Shown here: positions 50,881 through 59,968 of the stretch, one piece after another
Layout of the letters: every line of letters begins with the position of its first letter
Position numbering within the stretch: the first letter of the stretch is position 1
Assembly (NCBI GenBank): GCA_965221775.1
Contig: CBDCSU010000006.1
Location: 832,001 to 896,000, forward strand
Length of the DNA: 64,000 nucleotides
Reading direction: 5' to 3'
Origin: Candidatus Latescibacterota bacterium
Lineage (GTDB): Bacteria > Latescibacterota > UBA2968 > UBA8231
The notes under the pieces: generated by a model
Database searches by the model: none
The model's input: the letters and a program-made list of their open reading frames with translations, nothing else
Told to the model about the DNA's origin: nothing
Made by a program: the position numbers and the translations under genes

Positions 50881-51420
50881 ATGACGTCGATAGCGGGGGT
50901 AGTCACTGGCTTGGCGCTGCTGGTTGGCGGCGCTGTCATGCACGATGAGAACTACGCCAAGGACGATCCTCGCCTTCGCCGCATGAAGATTCATGAGCAG
51001 AAGGAGCACGTTGGTTACCTCCTCGGAGCGGCAGGGGGAGCTCTCTTCTCCCTGTCTCTCCAGGAGATACTGGACAGACGGACCGAGATAACCCTTGGCC
51101 CGACTCTTGTGAGAACAACCCTGGGGAGCGGACTCGTGTGGATCGGACTACTGACCCACGAAGATCCCCATAGAGGAGATCGGGATACGAGGATGGCCTA
51201 TGAGACACAGAAGACGAATGACCTTCAGGAGCACTTCGGCTACCTTCTCGGCCCCCTGGGAGCCGCTGCTGCAGCCCTCTCGGTCAAGGGCTATCAGAAT
51301 CACCGTAGCCAATCCAAGGCCCTCGTGGACACGCCCTCTTTCAGCATCCCGCCAGGCCTCCTACCCTCTATCAAGAGGACTCCTCAGAGGTTCGGAGAAA
51401 CCCCTGTAGCCCTTCGCTAG
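50881..51420 (+). CDS. Hypothetical membrane protein with internal two-fold repeat
   Basis: EHVGYLLGAAG / EHFGYLLGPLG repeat. Atypical codon usage. Confidence 0.4.
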   Translation: MTSIAGVVTGLALLVGGAVMHDENYAKDDPRLRRMKIHEQKEHVGYLLGAAGGALFSLSLQEILDRRTEITLGPTLVRTTLGSGLVWIGLLTHEDPHRGDRDTRMAYETQKTNDLQEHFGYLLGPLGAAAAALSVKGYQNHRSQSKALVDTPSFSIPPGLLPSIKRTPQRFGETPVALR

Positions 51421-51441
51421 TGCTCCGATTAGGTATCATAC

Positions 51442-51530
51442 AAGGTCATCGGCTTCACCATCAGCACGAGAGACAACGACGCCACCGACGGAATGGGGCG
51501 CCAGCACTACTACCTTCAGCTTGGCCGATC
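51442..51530 (+). pseudogene. Remnant of SWGRIK-family paralog
   Basis: AAGGTCATCGGCTTCACCATC...GACAACGACGCCACC (KVIGFTISTRDNDAT) matches 52071..52120. Confidence 0.6.
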
Positions 51531-51561
51531 TTTAGGACCTCCACTTCAGCGAGCAAACACC

Positions 51562-52310
51562 ATGCGCACCTGCCTCGTTTCCCTCCTGACCTTGGCTCCG
51601 CTCCTGGGCCTCGCCGGCGCCGCCCACGCTCACATCGGCGACCAGATCTACCCATCTTCGAGCTACTCGATGAGGATCTGGACCGGATCGACCTGACCGA
51701 CGGCAGCGTCGAGGACTGGCTTGGCGTCCTCGGCGAGCCCTCGCTGACGCCCGCCGACTTCTACTTTCCGGACCATTACGATCCAAGCAGCGTGGACAAC
51801 CGCTTCTGGCTCGGCTGGCACCCGGCGAAGCGGCACCCTCTGGGTCGCCATGGAGCGCTTCGATGACATCTACCACAACCACTTTGCGGGAGAGGTCAAG
51901 GAGTCGGGGCTCTCAACGATGAACCGCTGGGACTCGTCTTTCACCTTCATGGTCGACGGCGATCACTCCGGCGGACGGCACCTGGCCCTTGAAGAGGAAA
52001 CCAAGCTCCAGAACAACCGCCAAGCCCAGCAGACGAGGCCGCTTCCAGAGCCTCGATACTGTATCCGGGGAAGGTCATCGGCTTCACCATCCACACGACC
52101 GACAACGACGCCACCGAGTACCCCGACGGATTGGGGCCGGCCGACCTTCAATTGCTCGGCGACAGGGGGGAGGCCGTCCGCTTCGCCGATCTCTTCGTCG
52201 ACGGCCTGCTCGTCGGCGCCGGAGAAGACCCCTCCAGCTACGACGACGTCTCCGCCGTGGAGCCGTCCTCCTGGGGGCGGATCAAGGCCGCCCTCCGGGG
52301 GCGTCCCTGA
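51562..52310 (+). pseudogene. Frameshifted, internally deleted SWGRIK-family paralog
   Basis: MRTCLVSLLTL signal peptide. Frameshifts near 51650 and 51830. The segment between RQAQ and the ASxLYPGK block is missing. Ends SWGRIKAA. Confidence 0.8.
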
Positions 52311-52328
52311 GCCATGCCCCGCCCCCGG

Positions 52329-52370
52329 TTGCTCCCGATCGTCCACCCACCTATACTGAACATTTATTCA
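52329..52370 (+). promoter_or_regulatory. sigma70 promoter with LexA-like box
   Basis: TTGCTC-17 nt-TATACT overlapped by TGAACATTTATTCA (GAAC-N4-ATTC, one mismatch from GAAC-N4-GTTC). Confidence 0.55.
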
Positions 52371-52402
52371 CCTTCCGGCGCCCGCGCCAAAGACAGCCCC
52401 CC

Positions 52403-53488
52403 ATGCCCGACCCCACCGCCCCCCGGCCTCCCGCCAGGAGGGGCCGCGCCGCCGGCTTCAACACCCCCAACCGCTTCGAGCCCCTGCACCTGGAGCCCGA
52501 CCCGGCCGAGCCCGGGGAGGAGGGCTTCGAGGAGCGGGTCCCCACCCAGTACCTGGTCGACGCCAGCCGCTCGATCCTGGCCGAGAACGACTCGCCGGAC
52601 ATCGGCTTCCGCTTCAGCCTGAACCCCTACCGCGGCTGCGAGCACGGCTGCGTCTACTGCTATGCCCGGCCCAGCCACGAGTACCTGGGGTTCTCGGCGG
52701 GGCTCGACTTCGAGACGAAGATCCTGGTCAAGGAGCAGGCCCCGGAGCTGCTGGAGGCGGCCCTGCGCAAGAGGTCGTGGCAGCCCCAGGTGGTGGCCCT
52801 GTCGGGCAACACCGACTGCTACCAGCCGGTGGAGCGGCGGCTGCAACTCACGCGGCGGTGCCTGGAGGTGTTCCTCAAGTTCCGCAACCCCGTGAGCCTG
52901 ATCACCAAGAACCACCTGGTGACGCGAGACCTCGACATCCTGGGGGAAATGGCGGCCCTCGACCTGGTGCACGTGACCCTGTCGATCACCAGCCTCGACC
53001 GAAGGCTGACGGCGGCCATGGAGCCGCGCACCTCGCGGCCGGAGCGGCGCCTGCAGGCGCTGGACCAACTCTCCGGGGCGGGGGTGCCGGCGGGGGTCAA
53101 CGTGGCGCCCCTGATCCCGGGGCTCAACGACTCGGAGATCCCCGCCATCCTCGAGGCGGCGTCGGCGAGGGGGGCGCGCTGGGCCAACTACATCCTGGTG
53201 CGCCTGCCCGGGGCCGTGCGGCCCCTGTTCCTGGACTGGCTGCAGCGGAACTACCCCGACCGCGCGGACAAGGTGGTGCACCGGCTCGAGGCGGTGCGGG
53301 GGGGACAGCTCTCCGACGCGCGCTACGGCAGCCGCATGCGGGGCGAGGGGGAACTGGCGCGGCTGGTGGCCCGGTTCTTCGAGATCGCCAAGAGGCGGGC
53401 AGGACTGGGCGCCGGGGGGCACGAGTTGGCCGTGCACCGGTTCCGGCGCCAGGGGGAGGATCAGCTGGAGTTGTTCGGGCAGGGGTGA
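52403..53488 (+). CDS. PA0069/Rv2578c family radical SAM protein (SPL-like, DNA-repair associated)
   Basis: NPYRGCEHGCVYCYARP, LDFETKI, NTDCYQPVE, MEPRT, C-terminal QLELF clamp-binding-like motif. Confidence 0.92.
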   Translation: MPDPTAPRPPARRGRAAGFNTPNRFEPLHLEPDPAEPGEEGFEERVPTQYLVDASRSILAENDSPDIGFRFSLNPYRGCEHGCVYCYARPSHEYLGFSAGLDFETKILVKEQAPELLEAALRKRSWQPQVVALSGNTDCYQPVERRLQLTRRCLEVFLKFRNPVSLITKNHLVTRDLDILGEMAALDLVHVTLSITSLDRRLTAAMEPRTSRPERRLQALDQLSGAGVPAGVNVAPLIPGLNDSEIPAILEAASARGARWANYILVRLPGAVRPLFLDWLQRNYPDRADKVVHRLEAVRGGQLSDARYGSRMRGEGELARLVARFFEIAKRRAGLGAGGHELAVHRFRRQGEDQLELFGQG

Positions 53489-53529
53489 GGGGGGAGCGGC
53501 GGGATCCCCCGAGGGTGCGCCACCGCGGG

Positions 53530-53661
53530 GTGTCACGCATTGGACACACCGGCGACTGCTAGAGCACACACCGGCATCGCCCCCGGTAGCGGGGAGAAGT
53601 CCGCAAGTCCTTGCCCTCCAGCCTGGTGGAGGGCAAAGGGCGGCGCTGGCACGGCGTTTGT
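53530..53661 (+). promoter_or_regulatory. sigma54-type promoter module, copy 1
   Basis: TGGCAC-N5-TTGT at 53647..53661. GCAAGTCCTTG 44 nt upstream. GTGTC-N8-GACAC at 53530..53547. Confidence 0.65.
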
Positions 53662-53785
53662 ATCGGTGCGGCGGCAGAGCCCTCCTCCCACCCCATCCAC
53701 GGGATAGGTCGCCGCCATCGCAGATCCCGGATCAGCTCCCGCCAGGCGATCCCCAGCCTTTGACCGTCCGCGGGCCCCGCGCCCG

Positions 53786-55153
53786 GTGGGGTCCTCCGGT
53801 CCCGCCGTCAGGCGCCGGCCCGAGAGGGCGGCAGACAGCCTTGCGCACGCAGGCCGCGCCCGTCCCCGCCCTTGGGCGCGAGGCATCATCGTTCTCAACG
53901 GCAACTTCGTCCCCGCATCGGCGGCCGGGCCCTTCAAGTACGGAGCGGTGGGCTATGCCCTAAGGGCGGCGGAGGCCCTGCGTCGCCCGGGCCTGCTGGC
54001 GGGGTTCCTCCTCTACCGGCGCGACGAGGGATTGGACCGGCCGCGGCTAGACCCGGTGCCGCTGCTCGGGTATCCGGCCCTCCAGCTCGGCTTTCACTTC
54101 GGCATGGACCGCCAGGTCCTGGGCGCCGCCCTGGAGGCCGCCCGCGCGCGCCTCGGCGGCGGACGGCTCTACTACCAGACCAACGTGCTGCTGCCCTTTC
54201 ACCCGCCCGGGCGGCCCCTCGTCGTCACCCACCACGCGCCCTTCGTCGACCACGTGGTCGAGGTCATGGGGCCGCGCCTGGCGGAGGAAGCCTTCGGCGC
54301 CGGGCGCGAGAAGCTGGAGCACCTGAGGGTCAACCAGCGCCTCGGACTGAAGCACCTGGCCCGCAGCCGCGGTGCCGCCGTCGAGATCTCGTCGATCCAG
54401 GCGGAGTACCTGCGCGCCCACGGCGTGGAGGGCCGGTTCATCCACAGGATCCACCCTCCCCTGGAGTCCGACGCGGTGAACGGCCTCTCCGGGGAGGGGG
54501 CGCGCCTGCGCAGCTTCATCGCCCGGGGCGGCCCCCGTCTGGTCCTGTGCACGGCCTGCTCGCGGCTGGACGCCTTCAAGAACGTCGAGCTCTTCGTGAG
54601 GGCCGCCCTCGGGCTGGCCAGGTCGGGCCTCGACCTGCGCGCGCTGGTCATCGGGGGCCCTCCCGATGATGCGCAGCGGCGGCGGCTGCAGGGGCTGGTG
54701 GACGCCGGCGTGGCGCACCGATTCCGCTTTTCCCCGAGGGTTTCGCGCGACGACCTGGCCCACCTGCTCGACGATCTGGCCGGCCGCGGCCTCTTCGTCT
54801 GTCCCTCGCGCTACGAGACTTGCGGCCTCACCCCCCTGGAGGCGGCGGCCCGCGGGGTCTGCACGCTGGTGGCGGACACGCCCGACAGGGTCGAGGCGGC
54901 CACGCTGGTCCCGCCCGGGCACCGGTTCACCCCGACGGCAGAGGGCCTCGCAGACGCCGTGCGCCGGCTCGCGGGCGACGGGCGGCTCCGGGTCGAGGGC
55001 CGAGTCCTCGACGAAGGCGCACGGGCCGGCAGCCTCGACTTCGACGCGCGCTTCATCGCCGCCTGGCAGCGTGCGACGGCGCCGCGGGGGCCCGGGTGCG
55101 CCGCGGCCGGCGACGGGCGGGAACTCTCCCGCGATCCGGCCCATCCGGCCTGA
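53786..55153 (+). CDS. Glycosyltransferase family 4 (divergent)
   Basis: VTHH, SRLDAFKN, PSRYETCGLTPLEAA (ExxxxxxxE). Start uncertain. Confidence 0.8.
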   Translation: MGSSGPAVRRRPERAADSLAHAGRARPRPWARGIIVLNGNFVPASAAGPFKYGAVGYALRAAEALRRPGLLAGFLLYRRDEGLDRPRLDPVPLLGYPALQLGFHFGMDRQVLGAALEAARARLGGGRLYYQTNVLLPFHPPGRPLVVTHHAPFVDHVVEVMGPRLAEEAFGAGREKLEHLRVNQRLGLKHLARSRGAAVEISSIQAEYLRAHGVEGRFIHRIHPPLESDAVNGLSGEGARLRSFIARGGPRLVLCTACSRLDAFKNVELFVRAALGLARSGLDLRALVIGGPPDDAQRRRLQGLVDAGVAHRFRFSPRVSRDDLAHLLDDLAGRGLFVCPSRYETCGLTPLEAAARGVCTLVADTPDRVEAATLVPPGHRFTPTAEGLADAVRRLAGDGRLRVEGRVLDEGARAGSLDFDARFIAAWQRATAPRGPGCAAAGDGRELSRDPAHPA

Positions 55154-55161
55154 GGGTTGCC

Positions 55162-55797
55162 ATGCCCAAGGGCCGTCCGGTCCCGCTCGATCTCTCCTGC
55201 CACTTCAACAACGGCGGCATCGCCGCGGACGGGCGGCCGGCGGAGGGCGGTCTCGACGGCCTGGGCACCGCCTTCCGGGCGCAGAGCCTGCCATCCCCGG
55301 GTGGGACGATCCTCAGCCAGGGGACCCCCTTCCTCTTTCCGGGCGCAACCCCCGGCTCGGAGGACAACATCGCCTGCGAGGCCCAGGTGATCCCCCTGCC
55401 GCCAGGCCCCTGGGGTGCCCTCCACGTCCTGGGCATGTGCGATTGGCGGGCCTTCGAGGAACCCCTCCGGTTGCAGGCCTCCGACGGCACCTTGGCGGAG
55501 ACCCGCCTGGGACTGAGCGACGCGCCGCGCTACGGAGGGCTCCAGTACGGCGAAAGAGCGGCCCTCTCGTGTCCGCTCATGACTCCCGACACGTCGGTCC
55601 CTCTCTCTTCTCTCATCGGCTCCTCGCCGCCCGAAGCCGGATGCGAGACGGAGGAGACGCGTATCGAGGCCGGGATCTGGCACCAGGTGATCGACCTGCC
55701 CGGGCCCCGGCCCCTCACGGCCCTCGTGCTGCCCGACAACCCGTCCATGCACCTCTTCGCCCTCACCCTGGCCGCGGCGGACCCGGCCTCCCCGTGA
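55162..55797 (+). CDS. Stand-alone carbohydrate-binding-like beta-sandwich protein
   Basis: DL..HFNN.GI..D....LDG.G...LP...PF..P....DNI....Q.I.LP...LP....HLFALTL pattern, as recalled from accessory domains of glycoside hydrolases. Confidence 0.5.
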   Translation: MPKGRPVPLDLSCHFNNGGIAADGRPAEGGLDGLGTAFRAQSLPSPGGTILSQGTPFLFPGATPGSEDNIACEAQVIPLPPGPWGALHVLGMCDWRAFEEPLRLQASDGTLAETRLGLSDAPRYGGLQYGERAALSCPLMTPDTSVPLSSLIGSSPPEAGCETEETRIEAGIWHQVIDLPGPRPLTALVLPDNPSMHLFALTLAAADPASP

Positions 55798-56792
55798 GCA
55801 AGCGGATCCCCGGCATTCCCTTCTGCACCAACCGGCACTACAACTGCGTCTACGTGGTGCTCGACAGTCTGCTGCGCTTCCATGGCCACGAGCCCACCGT
55901 GGCATGCTTTTCCAACTGGGACTTCCTCTACCTCCGGGAGGAGGGACGCTTCGCCATCGACGGCCGCGCAATCCCCCTTCCAACGATGCTCGGCGCCTTC
56001 GGGATCGGCCTCTTCCACCGCGCCGACGCCGACGCCGACGCCGCGTGGAAGGCCGTGAAGTCGCGGCTCGACACCGGTACCCCGGTAGCCGTCAACGTCG
56101 ACGTCTTCGCCCTCGCCCGGGCCGGCCTCTATCCCCGCCTGCGTCACGCCGACCACCAGTACATCGCCGCCGGGTACGACAAGCCGGCGGGCACCGTCCA
56201 CCTGATCGATCCGTCGCCCTGGCAGCCCTCCGCGCGGGACATTCCCCTCGGCCTGTTCCTCGCCTGTTGGGACATGAGCGCCTTCTCCGGGGTGCGCGGC
56301 CGCTACAACTGGACCTGGCTGCGGGCGCCGGCGCACCCCCCTTCCCTGGGCCGCGGCCCCCTTCAGGCCCTCCTGCGCCGCAACCTGCGGAGCATGTCGG
56401 CCCCCGGCGGCCAGGCGGGCCTGGTGACGGGCCTGGAGGGGATCCGGCAGCTCGCCGCCGATGCCGGGGCCTGGGCGGGGCGGGAGGACGCCGACCTGCA
56501 GAGCCATCTGCGGCACTGCGCCCGGCTGCTGCTGGAGATCGCCGTGCTCCGCGAGGGGCACGGCCGCTTCCTGGGGCACGTGGGCCGGCTCTTCGACCAG
56601 CCCCGTCTGGCAGCTCTCGGCGCCGAGTTCGGGACGATCTCCCAGGGCTGGTTCGTGGTGAAGAGCCTGTGCCTCAAGGGGGCCCTCAAGGAGCCGCGGA
56701 GTCTCCTGCCCCGCATCCAGTCCCGGCTCGAGGACATCGAGGCCCGCGAAGGCAAGGCCCTGGCGGGACTGGCGGAGGCCGTGGAATGGTAG
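55794..56792 (+). CDS. BtrH N-terminal-like papain-fold (C39/NlpC-P60-like) protein
   Basis: HYNC (Cys), PVAVNVDVF, HADH..AAGYD (His), LIDP (Asp), then a helical C-terminal domain. GTGA overlap with the upstream gene. Confidence 0.7.
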   Translation: MSKRIPGIPFCTNRHYNCVYVVLDSLLRFHGHEPTVACFSNWDFLYLREEGRFAIDGRAIPLPTMLGAFGIGLFHRADADADAAWKAVKSRLDTGTPVAVNVDVFALARAGLYPRLRHADHQYIAAGYDKPAGTVHLIDPSPWQPSARDIPLGLFLACWDMSAFSGVRGRYNWTWLRAPAHPPSLGRGPLQALLRRNLRSMSAPGGQAGLVTGLEGIRQLAADAGAWAGREDADLQSHLRHCARLLLEIAVLREGHGRFLGHVGRLFDQPRLAALGAEFGTISQGWFVVKSLCLKGALKEPRSLLPRIQSRLEDIEAREGKALAGLAEAVEW

Positions 56793-56837
56793 GGAGGCAG
56801 AGCCGTCCCACGGGGAGCGGGGCCCCCGGCCCCGGGG

Positions 56838-56967
56838 GTGTCACCTCCACGCCGCACCGGTGGCACCCGTCACTCACACCCGGCCGGGCGGCCGGCCCCG
56901 GGGGAGGCCGCAAGTCGTTGCCGCCCAGCACGCGGCGGGGCCGCGGGGGTGGTGGCACGGCGTTTGT
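56838..56967 (+). promoter_or_regulatory. sigma54-type promoter module, copy 2
   Basis: Identical TGGCACGGCGTTTGTAT at 56953. GCAAGTCGTTG 43 nt upstream. GTGTCAC 115 nt upstream. Confidence 0.65.
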
Positions 56968-57021
56968 ATGGGAGAAGGCCCAGGGCCACGGCCCACCCCC
57001 TCTCGCCGCGGAGACGCGCTG

Positions 57022-58212
57022 ATGAACATCGCCCTGATCGGTCAGGAGATGCCGCCCCTTTCCGGGGGCCTGGACCGCCACGTTCAGGACTGCGCCGCCG
57101 GACTGTCGCGGCGCGGCTGCGGGGTCCGCGTCCTCTCCATCGTCGGAGAGGGGCGGGGGCTGGCCGGCGACGAGATCCTGCTCCGACCCGGCGGCTCCCC
57201 CATCCAGGTGCACCGGACCTCGGTGCCGGGAGCGGACGACCCCGAGCCGAGGCTCACCGCCGGCGCCTGCCGCGGGCTCGCCCCGCACTGGTGCTCGCTG
57301 CTGGCCGACGCCGACGCGGTCTGCAGCTTCGGAGCCTCTACGGCCCTGGCCGGCGCCGAGATCCGCCGGCGGCTCGGACTCCCCTTCATCGCCGTCCTCC
57401 CCGATCTGCCCTCGCCGTCCGACGCCCGCCTCCGGGAGGTCCTGGGCTGCGGCGCCGATCTCTTCGTCGGCCTCTCGCGCTCCCAGTGCCGCCGCGCCGC
57501 AGAGCGCTTCGGCCTGCCCATGACCCCGGTCCCCCACGGCGTCGACACCGAGCTCTACCGGCCCGTGGCGGGGCCGGCCGCCGAGGCCGCCCTCGACCGC
57601 TACACCGTGCTGGGCGGCATTCCGGGCCCGCTTGTCACAAGCCCCGTGCGCATCGACCCGAGGCAGGGCCTCGAGCCGCTCATCGAGGCCTTCGAGCTGG
57701 TCGTCGCCCTGCGCCCCGACGCCACCCTGCTGATCGCGGGCCACGCCGGCTTCCGCCACCACCTTGTGGGCAACGCCTACGCCGACTACCTGTCCGCCCT
57801 GGTGCAGATGAAGGAGCTGGGCGCCAGGGTGCGCTTCGGCGGGGGCGTGTTCAAGGCCCGCCACATGCCCGCTCTCTACTCGCGCTCGCACCTGTGCGTC
57901 GTGGCCGGCGGGGGCGAGGACTTCGGCGCCGCGCCGGCCGAGTCCCTGGCCTGCGGGACACCGGTGGTGGCCCCCCGCGGCGAGGGCATGGCCGAGGTCC
58001 TGGGCCACGGCACCGGGGGCCTCCTGGTCGACGGCCGGGATCCGGTGAAGGTGGCGCGGGCCATCCTCTCCCTCCTCGACGACGACGCCCTGCGGAACCG
58101 ACTCGGCCGCGGCGGCCGCGAGCACGTGTGCCGCGCCTTCCCGCTGCGGGCGCAGGCCGACCGCTACCTCGAGCTGTTCTCCTCCATCACCGCCGCCCGC
58201 GCCGCCGCCTGA
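57022..58212 (+). CDS. Glycosyltransferase family 4
   Basis: MNIALIG..PP..GG, VPHGVDTELYRP, EDFGAAPAESLACGTPVV. Confidence 0.88.
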   Translation: MNIALIGQEMPPLSGGLDRHVQDCAAGLSRRGCGVRVLSIVGEGRGLAGDEILLRPGGSPIQVHRTSVPGADDPEPRLTAGACRGLAPHWCSLLADADAVCSFGASTALAGAEIRRRLGLPFIAVLPDLPSPSDARLREVLGCGADLFVGLSRSQCRRAAERFGLPMTPVPHGVDTELYRPVAGPAAEAALDRYTVLGGIPGPLVTSPVRIDPRQGLEPLIEAFELVVALRPDATLLIAGHAGFRHHLVGNAYADYLSALVQMKELGARVRFGGGVFKARHMPALYSRSHLCVVAGGGEDFGAAPAESLACGTPVVAPRGEGMAEVLGHGTGGLLVDGRDPVKVARAILSLLDDDALRNRLGRGGREHVCRAFPLRAQADRYLELFSSITAARAAA

Positions 58213-58226
58213 GCGCGCCCGAAAGG

Positions 58227-59654
58227 ATGCCCCAAGTGCAGCCGGAGTCCCTGGAATCCATCTGCCTCCCCGACGACGGCACGGCCCTGCTCACGCCGCC
58301 GCCGGGGAGCCTGCTCGAATCGGCCGCGGGGGAATCCCCCTCGATCCGGCAGCGGCTCGAGGACGCCCACCGCGAGCTCGCCGGCGGCGATGCCCGGGAG
58401 GCGGCGGGTTCCTTCCAGGCGGTGCAGGCCCGGTGGCCGCATCCCTTGCCTGCCATGGCCGAAGGCGTCGCCCTCGCCCTGGCGTCGGACTGGCGCGGCG
58501 CCCTGACCCAGCTCTCCGGGAGCGCCGGCCAGCTCGAGGAGCGGGGCCTGCCCGACGCGGCCCTCGGCTGCCGGCTGAACCTGGGGTACGTCCACTACGT
58601 CCTGGGCGACCCCGCCGGCGCCGAGTCCACCCTCGACCAGGCGGTGCAGGCCGCGAGCCTCGCCGGCAAGACCCGGCTGCTGGCCACCGGACTCCACGAG
58701 AAGGCCGCCCTCCGGCTGCGCCACGGCCGTTACGGGGACGCCCGCGAGGAGTGCGAGAGAGCGATGGCGGAATGCCCCGGGGAGGGGGCGGCGCTGGCCC
58801 AGGTCATGTGCACGCAGGCGATTGCCTCCCAGGCCCTCGGAGAACTCCCCCGGGCCGAGGAGGAGTTCAGGGCCTCCCTGTCGCTGGCCTCGGGGGTCTC
58901 GCCCTTCGCGGAGCTGCGGGCCTCCGTCAACCTGGCCGTGCTCTGCCAGCTCACGGCGCGCGGCACGGAAGCCCTGGAGCTGCTCGCCGCGGCCACGGCC
59001 GTCGCCGAGCGCCAGCGGGACGCACGGTTCCTCGCCAAGATGCGGTTCCTGCGGGCCCTGATGGACTTCGGGGAGACCGGGGAGGAGGCCCTGCCGGCCG
59101 CTCTCGCCGAGGTCGAGCAGATGCGCGGCCTCCACTACCGCAAGGGAGAGCTGGACGCCATCCCCATGCTGGTCCCGTGTCTGCTGGAGTGCGGCAAGAA
59201 CCTCGAAGCGGAGACCCTGGCCGCCGCGGCGATGACCACCGCGCAGGAGTGCGGGTACCTGGCCGGGCTCCTCGAGGCGATGTCGTGCGCCGCCCTGGTC
59301 CATCTCGCCGGCGCCGACGCCGAGCGCGCGAAGGAGGCGGCCTGCGGCGTCCTGGAGAAGAGCGAGGCGGCGCAGCTGCCGGTCATCGGCATCAAGGCCC
59401 GCCGGATCCTGTCGGACGTGTCGCTGCAGGAGGGCGAGCCGGAGAGAGCCCTGGAGCACCTTCGGCGGGCGGAGGGAGCCGCCGCGGAGATCGGGGCCCA
59501 GGTCCTGCAGTGCCACCTCATGGAGGCGGCAGCCGCCCTCCTGGAGATCTGCGGCAGGATCGAGGAGGCCGAGGCGGAGAGAGCGGCTGCCCAGGCGCGG
59601 GGCCTCTCCATCGGACTGGGGAGCGCTGCCGCAGTCGGGAGCAGCATCGAATGA
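58227..59654 (+). CDS. Tetratricopeptide repeat (MalT/Rap-like TPR) protein
   Basis: NLGYVHYVLGDPAGAESTL, QALGELPRAEEEF, NLAVL helical repeats. No catalytic motif recognised. Confidence 0.7.
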   Translation: MPQVQPESLESICLPDDGTALLTPPPGSLLESAAGESPSIRQRLEDAHRELAGGDAREAAGSFQAVQARWPHPLPAMAEGVALALASDWRGALTQLSGSAGQLEERGLPDAALGCRLNLGYVHYVLGDPAGAESTLDQAVQAASLAGKTRLLATGLHEKAALRLRHGRYGDAREECERAMAECPGEGAALAQVMCTQAIASQALGELPRAEEEFRASLSLASGVSPFAELRASVNLAVLCQLTARGTEALELLAAATAVAERQRDARFLAKMRFLRALMDFGETGEEALPAALAEVEQMRGLHYRKGELDAIPMLVPCLLECGKNLEAETLAAAAMTTAQECGYLAGLLEAMSCAALVHLAGADAERAKEAACGVLEKSEAAQLPVIGIKARRILSDVSLQEGEPERALEHLRRAEGAAAEIGAQVLQCHLMEAAAALLEICGRIEEAEAERAAAQARGLSIGLGSAAAVGSSIE

Positions 59655-59703
59655 ACACGGGGGCATCTACGTGGGCGCTGAACTCACCGAAAGGAGATCC
59701 ATC

Positions 59704-59904
59704 ATGAACAGACTCATCAAGCCGCAGAAGCAGTCCTACCAGGGCGAAGACGCCCAGGTGCTCGCCTACTCCGACATCTGCGAGATGGCAGCCGTCCTCT
59801 GCACGGGCGTGACGATCGGCTTGCTGGGCTTCGGCGTTGCGCCGGCCGTGGTCGTGGCGGGCGTGTCGTGCGCCATCCTGGTCCTGATCTGCGGACTCAT
59901 CTGA
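59704..59904 (+). CDS. Putative RiPP precursor P1
   Basis: AAGGAG RBS. MNRLIKPQKQSYQGEDAQVLAY-SDICEMAAVLCTGVTIGLLGFGVAPAVVVAGVSCAILVLICGLI. Confidence 0.85.
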   Translation: MNRLIKPQKQSYQGEDAQVLAYSDICEMAAVLCTGVTIGLLGFGVAPAVVVAGVSCAILVLICGLI

Positions 59905-59968
59905 GTCCTGTACCACAAGGGGGCATCTACGCGGGCGCTACATTCACATTCACCGAAGGAGATCCATC

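Noticed and set aside
49782-52310. Diversity-generating retroelement behind the paralog variation
   Set aside because: No RT gene, and the differences include indels and all base types rather than adenine-specific changes.
52403-53488. Radical SAM gene as maturase of the adjacent peptide cluster
   Set aside because: It is a PA0069/SPL-like family member with no SPASM or RRE features and has its own LexA-like promoter. It probably just borders the island.
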